Shown here: one piece after another, positions 37,285 through 46,437 of the stretch
Numbering within the stretch: the stretch's first letter is position 1
How the letters are laid out: each line of letters opens with the position of its first letter
Virus record (IMG/VR): IMGVR_UViG_3300034283_001738
Location: 1 to 59,131 of that record
Origin: a virus
Lineage: Duplodnaviria; Caudoviricetes
DNA length: 59,131 nt
Strand: one strand, 5' to 3'
Notes under the pieces: model-generated
Database searches by the model: none
What the model saw: the letters and a program-made list of their open reading frames with translations, nothing else
Told to the model about the DNA's origin: nothing
Program-made: the position numbers and the translations under genes

Positions 37285-37478
37285 TGAAAATAATAAAGGC
37301 TATTTTAAATTATGCCTGGGAAGTAATTAAGGAAAGCATAGCCCAAATATTTACCCTTCTAGGGTTTTTTATTGCTTGGCTTACCCTTACAGGAACCGCC
37401 CAGCAGGTAGTTGGCGTGGCAACATTAATTGCTACGGTTATTTGGCTAGCTACAATCCCTTTAAGAAAAGAAGAGTAA
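37284..37478 (+). CDS. Small 2-TM membrane protein
   Basis: 64 aa, two hydrophobic helices; TAATG-coupled. Confidence 0.7.
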   Translation: MKIIKAILNYAWEVIKESIAQIFTLLGFFIAWLTLTGTAQQVVGVATLIATVIWLATIPLRKEE

Positions 37479-37495
37479 AATGATATAATGGAGGC

Positions 37496-37717
37496 ATGAG
37501 AAAATTAGGTGCCTCATTAGCTAGTATAATGCTAGCCTTCACAGTTACATCGTGTAACTTTGATGGTTCATTCCGATATGAATGCCAAGACCCAGCAAAC
37601 TGGGAAAAGGCAGAATGTAATCCTCCAATTTGTGAGACTACTGGAACCTGTTCTAGAGATTTAGTTGGACAGGAAGTATGGGATGAGTACCAGAAATCAA
37701 AGGTAAAGAATGGCTAA
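37496..37717 (+). CDS. Small Cys-rich lipoprotein
   Basis: Signal peptide with lipobox-like VTSC; RYECQDPANW...CNPPIC...C; leaderless promoter TGATATAAT at 37481. Confidence 0.7.
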   Translation: MRKLGASLASIMLAFTVTSCNFDGSFRYECQDPANWEKAECNPPICETTGTCSRDLVGQEVWDEYQKSKVKNG

Positions 37718-38153
37718 AGAAAGATTAACCCCACAAGATCTTGATGCAAGACTAAAATTTATTCTTGGCATCACACTTGGAACAATTTTATTGTGTACAT
37801 CTTTAGGAATTTTGTACGCTCTTATATTTGTAACACAGCCAATTGGAGCACAATCAGAAAATGATAAAATGTTTTTCAATGTTCTTGGTAGCGTTGCAAC
37901 ATTTATCACAGGAACTCTTGCAGGTTTGCTAATTGGTCAGTCTGGTGCTAAGGATGTTATGGCAGCACAGATGGCAAATAAAGAAATAGATGCAAAAAAT
38001 ACTCAGGCAGATAAGAAACTTGAATCAGAATTAGAAATTAATGAATTGAAGGCTGAAGTAGAAGCTGATGCCGTTAGAGCAAGATTAGACGCAAAACCAA
38101 ACGATCAAATGCCAGCAGAGCAACCAGTAGATACTGACTGGGACAAGGATTAA
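37710..38153 (+). CDS. 2-TM membrane protein with coiled-coil tail (holin candidate)
   Basis: Two TM helices, charged C-terminus, upstream of the CHAP lysin. Confidence 0.6.
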   Translation: MAKERLTPQDLDARLKFILGITLGTILLCTSLGILYALIFVTQPIGAQSENDKMFFNVLGSVATFITGTLAGLLIGQSGAKDVMAAQMANKEIDAKNTQADKKLESELEINELKAEVEADAVRARLDAKPNDQMPAEQPVDTDWDKD

Positions 38154-38155
38154 TC

Positions 38156-38419
38156 ATGCCTTGGAACATTAAGCAGGGCGCAGCAGGATGCAAAGGTTAT
38201 GCTGTTGTAAAAGAAGGCACAAACGAATTAGTTGGATGCCATGATAGCGAAACAAAGGCTAAGGCGCAATTAAGAGCACTTTATGCTAATGAGGTTGAAA
38301 AAGCCAACCCATGTTGGGAAGGTTACGAAATGGTAGGTTGGAAAAACAAAAATGGGAAACGGGTTCCCAATTGTGTTCCTAAAGTTAAAAAAGGAATTTT
38401 CGGAAGAGGTAAAAACTAA
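38156..38419 (+). CDS. Small basic phage protein with two short Cys motifs
   Basis: GCH...AQLRALYANE and CWEGY...G...VPNCVP. Confidence 0.65.
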   Translation: MPWNIKQGAAGCKGYAVVKEGTNELVGCHDSETKAKAQLRALYANEVEKANPCWEGYEMVGWKNKNGKRVPNCVPKVKKGIFGRGKN

Positions 38420-38421
38420 TT

Positions 38422-38961
38422 ATGTCAAATGATTTTGCAGTACCAGCAGAAACAGAAAAGGCTCCAAAAGGTAGCGCAGCCAGATTAATACAAGTTGCTA
38501 AGTCACAAGTTGGATACATTGAAGGTCCAAAAGATAATGAGACAAAGTATGGAGTATTTACTAAGGCTAACTTTCAACCATGGTGTGGATCATTCGTAAT
38601 GTGGTGCGCTGATCAAGCTGGAGTAAAAGTTCCAAATACTGTTTATACCCCAGGAGGCGCAGCAGCATTTAAAAAATCTGGAAGATGGATTGATGTAGAT
38701 TTAGCTGATCCAGAGCCAGGGGATATTGCATATTTTGATTTTCCTGGAGACGGAGTAGATAGAATTTCACACGTTGGAATTGTTGTAGAAGACAATGAGG
38801 ATGGAACCGTATGGTGCATTGAAGGTAACACTTCAAGCAGCAAAAAGGGTAGCCAAAGAAATGGTGGAGAAGCCTGTCGACAACTTCGTGCATTTAAGAA
38901 AAATAAAAAAGGTGTTCAGGTCTCTATAGTAGGGTTTGGCCGCCCAAAATTTAAGAAGTAA
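38422..38961 (+). CDS. CHAP-domain peptidoglycan hydrolase (endolysin)
   Basis: PWCGSFVMW, PGDIAYF, SHVGIV, IEGNT. Confidence 0.88.
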   Translation: MSNDFAVPAETEKAPKGSAARLIQVAKSQVGYIEGPKDNETKYGVFTKANFQPWCGSFVMWCADQAGVKVPNTVYTPGGAAAFKKSGRWIDVDLADPEPGDIAYFDFPGDGVDRISHVGIVVEDNEDGTVWCIEGNTSSSKKGSQRNGGEACRQLRAFKKNKKGVQVSIVGFGRPKFKK

Positions 38962-38972
38962 GGAATACATAA

Positions 38973-39602
38973 TTGTATTTTGAACAGCCAGAAAATAATA
39001 TTGTATATTTTAAAGGCGTAATAAAAAATTATCAAGAAATTATAGACGCTATAGAGTCTTTATCAAACGATGCTGTTTCTGCATGGGAGCCTTGGTATGG
39101 ACATGGATCGTCCACAAGGTATGGTGAAATTAAGCATGTCGTTAGAGATCAAATTCAGTTTATAAATTCTGATGAAGACAGAGCTAAAGCCGCTTTTGCG
39201 ATAAATTGTCTAACCAACAAAATGTCAGATTGTGCAATTAAGTATGCTGATATATTTAATATAGACAGAAAAGCATTATATTATGCAGTATCACTATTGA
39301 CAGACCCAAGAACCAAAATGGGAATAAATAAATATGATCAAAATGCATTTATGGGAGCACATGTAGATTTTAATGAAGATAATTATTATTTAGCATATAC
39401 TATAGTTGTATATCTAAATGATGACTATGAGGGTGGAGAGCTTTACTTTAATGATTTAGATATTAAAATAAAGCCAGAGGCTGGCAGTATAATAATGTAC
39501 CCATCTTCTCATCCATATACCCATCAATCATTAGAGATTACAAAAGGAAGAAAGATGCTGATAACACATCATTGGCAAATGATTCTTCCTCCAAATGGTT
39601 GA
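38973..39602 (+). CDS. 2OG-Fe(II) oxygenase, prolyl-4-hydroxylase-like
   Basis: HVD, YLNDDYEGGEL, KPEAGS, H, R/K. Confidence 0.88.
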   Translation: MYFEQPENNIVYFKGVIKNYQEIIDAIESLSNDAVSAWEPWYGHGSSTRYGEIKHVVRDQIQFINSDEDRAKAAFAINCLTNKMSDCAIKYADIFNIDRKALYYAVSLLTDPRTKMGINKYDQNAFMGAHVDFNEDNYYLAYTIVVYLNDDYEGGELYFNDLDIKIKPEAGSIIMYPSSHPYTHQSLEITKGRKMLITHHWQMILPPNG

Positions 39603-39663
39603 CTATGACCCATCTTTTAGTGTATAATTATACTAATGGGATGCCTATTAGAAATAGGAATCA

Positions 39664-39888
39664 ATGTTAAATCTTAACGAATTAGGTGTTAACGTATTTA
39701 TAAAAAGGGCAAAAGATATAGAGCCCTTCTGGAACAATTACGATTTAATTATATGGAAAAAGAATCCCAAAGGATTTTCAGATTCAAATGGTATGTTTAG
39801 AAATGGCTGGGGAACAGCTCAAAAAATTACTGTAAACAACAACGGTACTTGGCAACTTCCAAATAAATATGTCAGATATTTTAAATGA
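39664..39888 (+). CDS. Hypothetical protein
   Basis: 74 aa; promoter TTGACT-18-TATAAT at 39599-39628 and a leader hairpin. Confidence 0.7.
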   Translation: MLNLNELGVNVFIKRAKDIEPFWNNYDLIIWKKNPKGFSDSNGMFRNGWGTAQKITVNNNGTWQLPNKYVRYFK

Positions 39889-40180
39889 ATTAGGATTAGA
39901 TGAAGACAATGTTAGATGGTGGGATCTAGCAGCATGTCATGGTATGGACACTAATCTATTTTTTGATAAATATGAATTAGATGTCAATATGGCAAAAGCA
40001 ATAGATCAGTGCTGCCTTTCTTGCCCAGTAATACAAATGTGTTACAAATCTGGAATAGAGAACAACGAATACGGAGTATGGGGAGGAGTTTACCTATCCT
40101 CTGGATCTGTAGATAAAATGAAAAATATTCATAAAGACAAGAATGTTTGGAAGGAATTGAGAAAACGCAATGCAGTCTAA
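39869..40180 (+). CDS. whiB: WhiB-family Fe-S transcription factor
   Basis: AACHGMDTNLFF, CLSCPVIQMC, GVWGG. Confidence 0.92.
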   Translation: MSDILNELGLDEDNVRWWDLAACHGMDTNLFFDKYELDVNMAKAIDQCCLSCPVIQMCYKSGIENNEYGVWGGVYLSSGSVDKMKNIHKDKNVWKELRKRNAV

Positions 40181-40490
40181 TCTCTATGACAACAAACATT
40201 TTAAACATGGTGTTAATTTATGGACTGGTGAACCAAACAAGCCAGTGTTTTACAATGATGAGATGAGAAAGAAGTTAAGGGAAATAAAGAAGCCATTACT
40301 ATTAATGATGGACGTAGTTAAATACCCAGAATTTCTCGCCCTAAGATTATATGAAGATAACTTTATACAGTTTACAGGAAGTAAAAAAGAAGAAGTTATA
40401 GATTATGTTATGAAGGTAAAAAAGATGATAGAGTCTCATGGAGTAAGATGCGAACTTGAGGGGGTTCCTAGTGAAAGATCAATTACTTGA
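40170..40490 (+). CDS. Hypothetical protein
   Basis: 106 aa; overlapping operon. Confidence 0.65.
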   Translation: MQSNLYDNKHFKHGVNLWTGEPNKPVFYNDEMRKKLREIKKPLLLMMDVVKYPEFLALRLYEDNFIQFTGSKKEEVIDYVMKVKKMIESHGVRCELEGVPSERSIT

Positions 40491-40635
40491 TGTTTACATA
40501 CATACAGAGGGTGTGTACGGAACAATACAATCATTGGGAGCGTTTGCTTCTATGGTGACCTATAATAAAGATGGCATTCACTACGAAGAGCTATTAGAGA
40601 ATGACGATTTTAGTTTAATCGGAGAAGAATACTAA
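40471..40635 (+). CDS. 54-aa hypothetical protein (not in ORF track)
   Basis: GTG start after GAGGGGG; MKDQLLDVYIHTEGVYG...IGEEY; TAATG-coupled to the next gene. Confidence 0.55.
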   Translation: MKDQLLDVYIHTEGVYGTIQSLGAFASMVTYNKDGIHYEELLENDDFSLIGEEY

Positions 40636-40871
40636 TGGAAAAGATATTATGTGCTTCATGCAACAAAAGCAAAAATAAGTTATCTGCAAAGAGATCATCG
40701 CTTTTGTCAATAAATTTATTAATGTGCCAAACATGTATAGATGAAAAGCTTGAGCCAAAATGGGTTATAATTATATCTGGAAGACAATATGGGCCAGAAC
40801 ATGTGAAAGATTTTGTACAAAAAAGAAAATATCTTGGATCTGAAATAACTGCATCTGAATTATTAATTTAA
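40635..40871 (+). CDS. Zn-binding hypothetical protein
   Basis: CASC...CQTC. Confidence 0.65.
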   Translation: MEKILCASCNKSKNKLSAKRSSLLSINLLMCQTCIDEKLEPKWVIIISGRQYGPEHVKDFVQKRKYLGSEITASELLI

Positions 40872-40904
40872 TTATATAAGCATTTACGGTATAATATACC
40901 TATA

Positions 40905-41228
40905 ATGCAAATAGATTACATAACAATCGTCCTGACATTGTTAGCGGCGGTTCTAAGCGGACTTTCAACTGCCATAATTGCTGGATTTAGGGATGCAAAA
41001 AAAGAAAAAAGGCGTCAGGCTGAAAGGGAAACAGACCATCTAAAAATGGAGGTCAAGGACCTAAAAATTGACCTTTATAAATTAGAAAAAGAATTAACTG
41101 AATGGAAAGATAAATATTATGATGCCGTTCAGGAATTAATTACCCTAAAAGGCGAATTAGAAAATGCATTAAATATGCTTAATCACATAGAAATGCATGA
41201 AGATATGGACTCCGAATATTTAAAATAG
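40905..41228 (+). CDS. Membrane-anchored coiled-coil protein
   Basis: N-terminal TM helix followed by heptads. Confidence 0.7.
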   Translation: MQIDYITIVLTLLAAVLSGLSTAIIAGFRDAKKEKRRQAERETDHLKMEVKDLKIDLYKLEKELTEWKDKYYDAVQELITLKGELENALNMLNHIEMHEDMDSEYLK

Positions 41229-41241
41229 TACAATAGGTTAT

Positions 41242-41808
41242 ATGACCTGTATTGTAGCCCTATCGGTGGGCAATAAAGTTTACCTTGGTGGAGACTCTGC
41301 CGCATCAGACGAAAAGTCTGGATTAGTTTTGCAGATAACAGACCCTAAAGTTTTTAAAGTTGGGCAATTTGGTATAGGCTTTGTTGATAGTTTTAGAATG
41401 GGTCAAATACTACAATACAACTGGACGCCACCAGTTTACAAGCCAACAGTTGGTTTCAAGAATTTAGATAAGTTCATGCGTACTAAGTTTGTTGAGTCTA
41501 TCAAAGAAGCCTATCAAGAACACGGTTACGGTAAGTTTGGAGCAAACACTGAAGACGGTGACGAAGGCGGAATCATAATCATTGCTGTTCAAAATACTGG
41601 TAGGATTTTTACCATGGATGTAGACTACCATGTATCTGAGCTTAGTACATCATATTACGCAGAAGGAAGTGGACAGCAAGTGGCCCTTGGATCTTTGGCA
41701 TCTACATCCTCAATAAAGACACCTAGAAAGCGTATAAGAATGGCACTAGAAGCATCTGCTAAGTTTATAATGAGTGTAAAGCCCCCCTTTACAATTATAG
41801 AAATTTAA
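41242..41808 (+). CDS. Ntn-hydrolase (HslV/proteasome-beta-like) peptidase
   Basis: N-terminal M-T-C-I-V-A, GGDSAAS, PKVF, GSG. Confidence 0.8.
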   Translation: MTCIVALSVGNKVYLGGDSAASDEKSGLVLQITDPKVFKVGQFGIGFVDSFRMGQILQYNWTPPVYKPTVGFKNLDKFMRTKFVESIKEAYQEHGYGKFGANTEDGDEGGIIIIAVQNTGRIFTMDVDYHVSELSTSYYAEGSGQQVALGSLASTSSIKTPRKRIRMALEASAKFIMSVKPPFTIIEI

Positions 41809-41822
41809 AGTATAATTATTTT

Positions 41823-42047
41823 ATGGAAGAACCTATGGACATAAATGATCTGAGGCCAGATTACAGTAGGTCTATGGATATAAGAGGGGTTCCAACACAT
41901 GTATGCCCATGCGGTTGTGATGTTTTTAATTTAAAAGTTATATTCGATAACTTTGAGATAGCCAGTTATTTTTTAGACATGGAATGTGCAAATTGTGGCA
42001 CATTAGCAACGGCTCCAACACCAATAGATAGAGATGGATCAGAGTGA
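41823..42047 (+). CDS. Small Zn-binding protein
   Basis: CPCG...CANCG; leaderless TATAAT 6 nt upstream. Confidence 0.7.
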   Translation: MEEPMDINDLRPDYSRSMDIRGVPTHVCPCGCDVFNLKVIFDNFEIASYFLDMECANCGTLATAPTPIDRDGSE

Positions 42048-42217
42048 GAAAAACAGAAAGAATTAATCAGTTAGAAATAGAACTATATAAACTTAGAATA
42101 GAATTAGATTTAATTCATGAAATTATTTCAACAATTTTATCTTCTCAGCATCAGCAAGATACCTCTAGGATGGATTCTGGAAAGTGGTATCCAAGAAGGA
42201 TGCCTCCACAAAATTAA
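42044..42217 (+). CDS. 57-aa hypothetical protein (not in ORF track)
   Basis: GTGA overlap; MRKTERINQLEIELYKLRIEL... Confidence 0.6.
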   Translation: MRKTERINQLEIELYKLRIELDLIHEIISTILSSQHQQDTSRMDSGKWYPRRMPPQN

Positions 42218-42220
42218 GTA

Positions 42221-42249
42221 TTGACAGACTCACTGCTATTTAGTAGAAT
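42221..42249 (+). promoter_or_regulatory. Sigma-70-type promoter, leaderless
   Basis: TTGACA-17-TAGAAT; ATG 7 nt later. Confidence 0.7.
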
Positions 42250-42256
42250 TGTCTTT

Positions 42257-43186
42257 ATGAAAAAACTAATAACGGCTCTAGTAGCCATCATACTAACAAT
42301 CACATCAATGCCTGCACAGGCAAATTTGAAGAACAGGACATCTGTTCCCACACTAGCAATTCTAGACAGCGCTCTAGATACTAGCATCCCATCTATCAAG
42401 TCTAAGCTCATTTATGAAGTATGCATTCTTGACTGGCCTTCTTGCCCTAATGGTAAAAACTTTATGGAGGGGCAAGGATCATCTGTAATCCCTATGAGCA
42501 TTTTGTCCAATAGTAATTTTAATCATGGAACACAAATGTCTTCAATTGCAATTGCAAATAACCCAAACATGAATATTATTTTTATTAGAATTATTGGTCA
42601 TACATCAAGAGGCATGAGACAAACTACTGGAGTTAACACAATCCCTAATGCTTTGTCTTGGGTAAAAGCTAATAAGGACAAGTATAATATTGTTGCCGTA
42701 TCAGTATCACAAGGTAATCAGTCTGTATTAAAGAAGGCTCCGTTTAACTATTGCCCAGTAACTAGCACGGACAACTCAGTAAACGATCTATATTCTATTG
42801 GAATTCCAGTATTTTTCCCAGCAGGAAATGAAAGAGACTTGTCTAGGATTAATTGGCCAGCATGCATACCAAATTCAGTTGCTGTGGGTGGAAGTGAATC
42901 TTATGGAGAGGTTTCAGTTTTAAGTAATTATGATAAGAACCTTATCGACATTTGGTCTCCTGCTGGCTCTGTATCAATTTACCCAGGGAACAGAAGCGGT
43001 AATTCATTCGGAACCTCAGTTTCAACACAGGTTGCAGCAGCAAATTATGTTGCTCTAAAATCTGCTAAGCCATCACTTACATTAGATCAATTGTTGTCTT
43101 TAATCAAGAAAACAGCAAAACCGATCACAAACTCTTTGAAGCAACAGGGACTGTTACTTGATCTTGGAGCAGCCCTAAATGGATAA
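42257..43186 (+). CDS. Secreted subtilisin-like (S8) serine protease
   Basis: Signal peptide ending AQA; catalytic ILDS, HGTQ, AGN, GTSVS. Confidence 0.87.
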   Translation: MKKLITALVAIILTITSMPAQANLKNRTSVPTLAILDSALDTSIPSIKSKLIYEVCILDWPSCPNGKNFMEGQGSSVIPMSILSNSNFNHGTQMSSIAIANNPNMNIIFIRIIGHTSRGMRQTTGVNTIPNALSWVKANKDKYNIVAVSVSQGNQSVLKKAPFNYCPVTSTDNSVNDLYSIGIPVFFPAGNERDLSRINWPACIPNSVAVGGSESYGEVSVLSNYDKNLIDIWSPAGSVSIYPGNRSGNSFGTSVSTQVAAANYVALKSAKPSLTLDQLLSLIKKTAKPITNSLKQQGLLLDLGAALNG

Positions 43187-43406
43187 AAATGTAACCGTTC
43201 TTCAGGGTATTATTGAAGATGTTGCCACTGAGTTATATCAGCAATGGTATAACTCAGTACCACCTTCTGATGTTACAGAGGAATCATCGAAAGCAATGAT
43301 GAAGAATGCATTCGACACCTCATTCTTTGTAATTCAAAGGTTCATGGAAAAATTTAATAAAGAGGCGGAAGCACTAAAGGGTGTTGACGATCAAGGCAAT
43401 ATTTAG
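43179..43406 (+). CDS. Hypothetical protein
   Basis: 75 aa. Confidence 0.6.
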   Translation: MDKNVTVLQGIIEDVATELYQQWYNSVPPSDVTEESSKAMMKNAFDTSFFVIQRFMEKFNKEAEALKGVDDQGNI

Positions 43407-43418
43407 TAGGATATACCT

Positions 43419-43889
43419 ATGCAAACATTTATTCCTCATCAAGATTTTAGCAAGACAGCTAAAAGATTAGACCGTAAGCGCCTTATAAAACAAAGTGTAG
43501 AGAATTTACAAATACTAAAGTCTTTGGCTGGATTGTATTCTTCAGGTGCTTGGAAAAATCATCCTGCTGTAAAAATGTGGGACGGTCATGAAGATTGGTT
43601 ATTTTTATATAACGAGTCTATTATTAAAGAGATATTAATGAGAGGCTATAAGAACACAACACATGCCACATTTGATCAGATTTATCAAGACCATTTTATG
43701 TTTATGGAGTCCGATAGGCCCTGGTGGCTAGGAGATGAGCGTGTTCATTATTCTCATCGTGGCAGACTTTATGAAAAAGACCCAGACAAGTACTATTTTT
43801 ATTCAGAGTTTGCTGACTATAAAGATATGGGATATACTTGCTGCGAGTCGTGCAACTACTATTGGCCAACCCATGTGGATTCCCTATGA
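43419..43889 (+). CDS. Pyrimidine-dimer DNA glycosylase-like protein (MSMEG_6728 family)
   Basis: MQTF, LDRKRLIKQ, HPAVKMW, PWWLG...HYSHR; leaderless promoter TTGACG-17-TAGGAT. Confidence 0.82.
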   Translation: MQTFIPHQDFSKTAKRLDRKRLIKQSVENLQILKSLAGLYSSGAWKNHPAVKMWDGHEDWLFLYNESIIKEILMRGYKNTTHATFDQIYQDHFMFMESDRPWWLGDERVHYSHRGRLYEKDPDKYYFYSEFADYKDMGYTCCESCNYYWPTHVDSL

Positions 43890-44188
43890 TAGTTACAGAT
43901 GAAAATTTTGAAGATGTCATAAATAGCCACAAACTAATTATGATAGATTTTTGGGCGGAATGGTGTAGGCCATGCAAAATGTTTTCTCCAATTATAGAAG
44001 AAGTTTCAGAAGAAACTGGGATATGGTTGGGAAAAATGAATGTCGACAATGAGCTAACAAAGCAAGTCGAATATCACGTAACAAGTATCCCTACTACTAT
44101 ATTGTTTAAAGACGGAAAGCCAGTAAAAACAATTATTGGTGCCAAACCTAAACATGTTATGTTAGAGGAGATTAAAGAATGGATCTAG
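43886..44188 (+). CDS. trxA: Thioredoxin
   Basis: DFWAEWCRPCK, SIPT, GAKPK. Confidence 0.92.
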   Translation: MIVTDENFEDVINSHKLIMIDFWAEWCRPCKMFSPIIEEVSEETGIWLGKMNVDNELTKQVEYHVTSIPTTILFKDGKPVKTIIGAKPKHVMLEEIKEWI

Positions 44189-44349
44189 CTTTTGACGATT
44201 GGATTAAATTTGGTTATGACAAAGGTTGGATATCAGATGTTTTTTGTAATACCCACGACGGTCCTCCAATGGACGACGAAGAATTAAAGGAGTGGGATGA
44301 AGGCGGAGATCCATGTTCTTTTCAAGTAAGAGTATGGGAATTAAGCTAG
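44179..44349 (+). CDS. 56-aa acidic hypothetical protein (not in ORF track)
   Basis: SD GAGGAG; MDLAFDDWIKFGYDKGWISDVFCNTHDG...DPC. Confidence 0.65.
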   Translation: MDLAFDDWIKFGYDKGWISDVFCNTHDGPPMDDEELKEWDEGGDPCSFQVRVWELS

Positions 44350-44399
44350 AATTCTGATTCACAATATAGAATCAGAGTATATAAGGAGAAATAAAAAGA

Positions 44400-45569
44400 A
44401 TGAAATCATTCAAGAAAATCGCTCTAGCCGTGGTTGCAGCCATGACTATGGGTACACTTATTGCAACACCTGCAAGTGCTGCGCCAATGACAGTTGCTCT
44501 TGCGACTGGTGCAACTTTCGGTACAGCTAATACAACCGCTTCCGATATTGCTACACCAGCACAGTTGACAGTGCCTTCAGATAATGAAGTTAATGCTACT
44601 GATGTATTGCGTATTATCGCAACCGTAGATACAGGAACATCTGTAACTGCAACTGCTACTAACGCTACAATTGTTTCGGCGCTACACTCATCTGCTGCAC
44701 CAGTAACAGCATCGTCAGGATCAGCGTCTTTGACAATTGCTACTGGAACAGGTACAACTGCAACGTTTTATGTATATACTAAAACGACAGCAATTGGTAA
44801 CGTGGTTTTGACAAACCAGGGAACCACACTTACATATTATGTCCAAGGAACAGTCGGTAAGATTAATAATCTTTCCGTATCTGCTCCTGCAAACGGTGCT
44901 GCTGGAACAGTTCAGACAATTACCGTAACTGCTACAGATATTTTTGGCAACAAGGTATCAGGAAAGTCCATTACTGGTCGTGTATTTGGCTCAGGCGGAA
45001 CCCTTGAAACCTCAACTGCTACTACTGGCGCAACCTTGGCAACTTTTGGAGTTGCTACATTTAAGTTAACTCTTCCAACAGCATCAACACGTTCTCTAGT
45101 AGAATTTTCGTTGACAACTGCTACAGATGGAGAGTCTGCAGATGTTACTGGTTTGCCAGTACGCACCCTTGCACCGTTTGCGGAAATTGCAGTTCGTGAT
45201 TTGACTGCAGAGTTGGCAAAGGTACAGGCAGATCTTGCTGCTGAAAAGGCAGCACGTGCTGCAGATGCAACTGCTGCTGCAACCGCTGCTGCAACCGCAA
45301 AGGCTGCTGCTGATGCTGCTGCTGCAAAGGCTGCTTCCGACCTAGTTACTGCTAATGCAGAGGTTGCTAAGCTTAAGGCTGATGCAGTAATTGCAAAGGC
45401 TGCTTCCGATAAGGCTCTTGCAGATGCAATCTCTAAGGCAACAGCAGATGCTGCTGCTGCAAAGGCTGCTTCAGACAAGTCAATTGCAGATCTAAAGGCT
45501 GCTTTTAATAAGTTAGCACGTTCATGGAACAAGAAGAATCCAAAGGCAAAGGTTGCTCTAGTTAAGTAA
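44400..45569 (+). CDS. Secreted Ala/Thr-rich surface (S-layer-like) protein with Ig-like beta region and Ala-rich coiled coil
   Basis: Signal MKSFKKIALAVVAAM...PASA; strong SD; biased codons; basic C-terminus WNKKNPKAKVALVK. Confidence 0.7.
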   Translation: MKSFKKIALAVVAAMTMGTLIATPASAAPMTVALATGATFGTANTTASDIATPAQLTVPSDNEVNATDVLRIIATVDTGTSVTATATNATIVSALHSSAAPVTASSGSASLTIATGTGTTATFYVYTKTTAIGNVVLTNQGTTLTYYVQGTVGKINNLSVSAPANGAAGTVQTITVTATDIFGNKVSGKSITGRVFGSGGTLETSTATTGATLATFGVATFKLTLPTASTRSLVEFSLTTATDGESADVTGLPVRTLAPFAEIAVRDLTAELAKVQADLAAEKAARAADATAAATAAATAKAAADAAAAKAASDLVTANAEVAKLKADAVIAKAASDKALADAISKATADAAAAKAASDKSIADLKAAFNKLARSWNKKNPKAKVALVK

Positions 45570-45577
45570 CTTTTCTA

Positions 45578-45608
45578 AATAAGGAGGCGGGGATACCGCC
45601 TCCTTATT
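45578..45608 (+). terminator. Intrinsic terminator hairpin
   Basis: Perfect 13-bp stem AATAAGGAGGCGG/CCGCCTCCTTATT. Confidence 0.75.
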
Positions 45609-45631
45609 ATTATAAATGATAGAATATGAAT

Positions 45632-46270
45632 ATGACATTATTAGAACAGTTAAGGTTTGCTAAAGTAAACAAAAAAGCTTTTATGGTAAAGGAATACTTC
45701 CCTACTTCCATAAATTGGTGGGATGCATTAAATTTTATATATCAACAAACTCAAGAAGATAATGATGAGTTAAAGGAACAGAAAAGAGACAGACACAGAG
45801 ACGTAGACGTGTTTGGAAATGTATTAACCCAACACCCATTTTGGCTTGCGCCACAAACTGGTTTAGTTTGGAATCATTTTAAAGAAATTAAAAATTTTTT
45901 AATTAAAATTAATAATGACTGTGGTATTGATGCAGACTTTACTGATTGTAATTTTTATAAACATTGGGATTCAAGAAACTGCAGTTGCGATGCATTGTGG
46001 CATTCAGAAGGAATAAAAGTTTCCTTGGGTGACAAGTTTGTTCCTTCTCATAGCGACCCATGGGATGCATTTTATTTTCAAATAATAGGAAAATCATTTT
46101 GGAGAATAACTGACCCAACTGGATCTTCTGAAGTTTATGAATTAGATGAAGGTGACATATTATTTTTTCCAATAGAAACTTCACATGAAGTGTGGTCAGA
46201 AGGGCCAAGAACTGGATTGTTAGTTAATGCAGACAGCCAAAAAGATCTTGCAAAGTACATAGGTTTATGA
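45632..46270 (+). CDS. JmjC/cupin-like Fe(II)/2OG oxygenase
   Basis: HSD, FQIIGKSFW, LDEGDILFF, SHEV. Start placed 6 nt after TGATAGAAT. Confidence 0.78.
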   Translation: MTLLEQLRFAKVNKKAFMVKEYFPTSINWWDALNFIYQQTQEDNDELKEQKRDRHRDVDVFGNVLTQHPFWLAPQTGLVWNHFKEIKNFLIKINNDCGIDADFTDCNFYKHWDSRNCSCDALWHSEGIKVSLGDKFVPSHSDPWDAFYFQIIGKSFWRITDPTGSSEVYELDEGDILFFPIETSHEVWSEGPRTGLLVNADSQKDLAKYIGL

Positions 46271-46284
46271 TAAACTTAGGTAGT

Positions 46285-46437
46285 ATGGAATGGGATCACT
46301 TTAATATTATTAAGAAAAAAGTTGTAAGAGAGCTAATTAATGAATTTGAAGGTTTGGAAATTCCTCCAGACTGGAGACCAAGAGAAGTCTTGGGTCTTGT
46401 TTTAAGAAAACTAGAAGATAAAGAGAAATCATGTTAA
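46285..46437 (+). CDS. 50-aa hypothetical protein (not in ORF track)
   Basis: MEWDHFNIIKKKVV...PPDWRPREVL; TGATAAACT 8 nt upstream. Confidence 0.6.
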   Translation: MEWDHFNIIKKKVVRELINEFEGLEIPPDWRPREVLGLVLRKLEDKEKSC

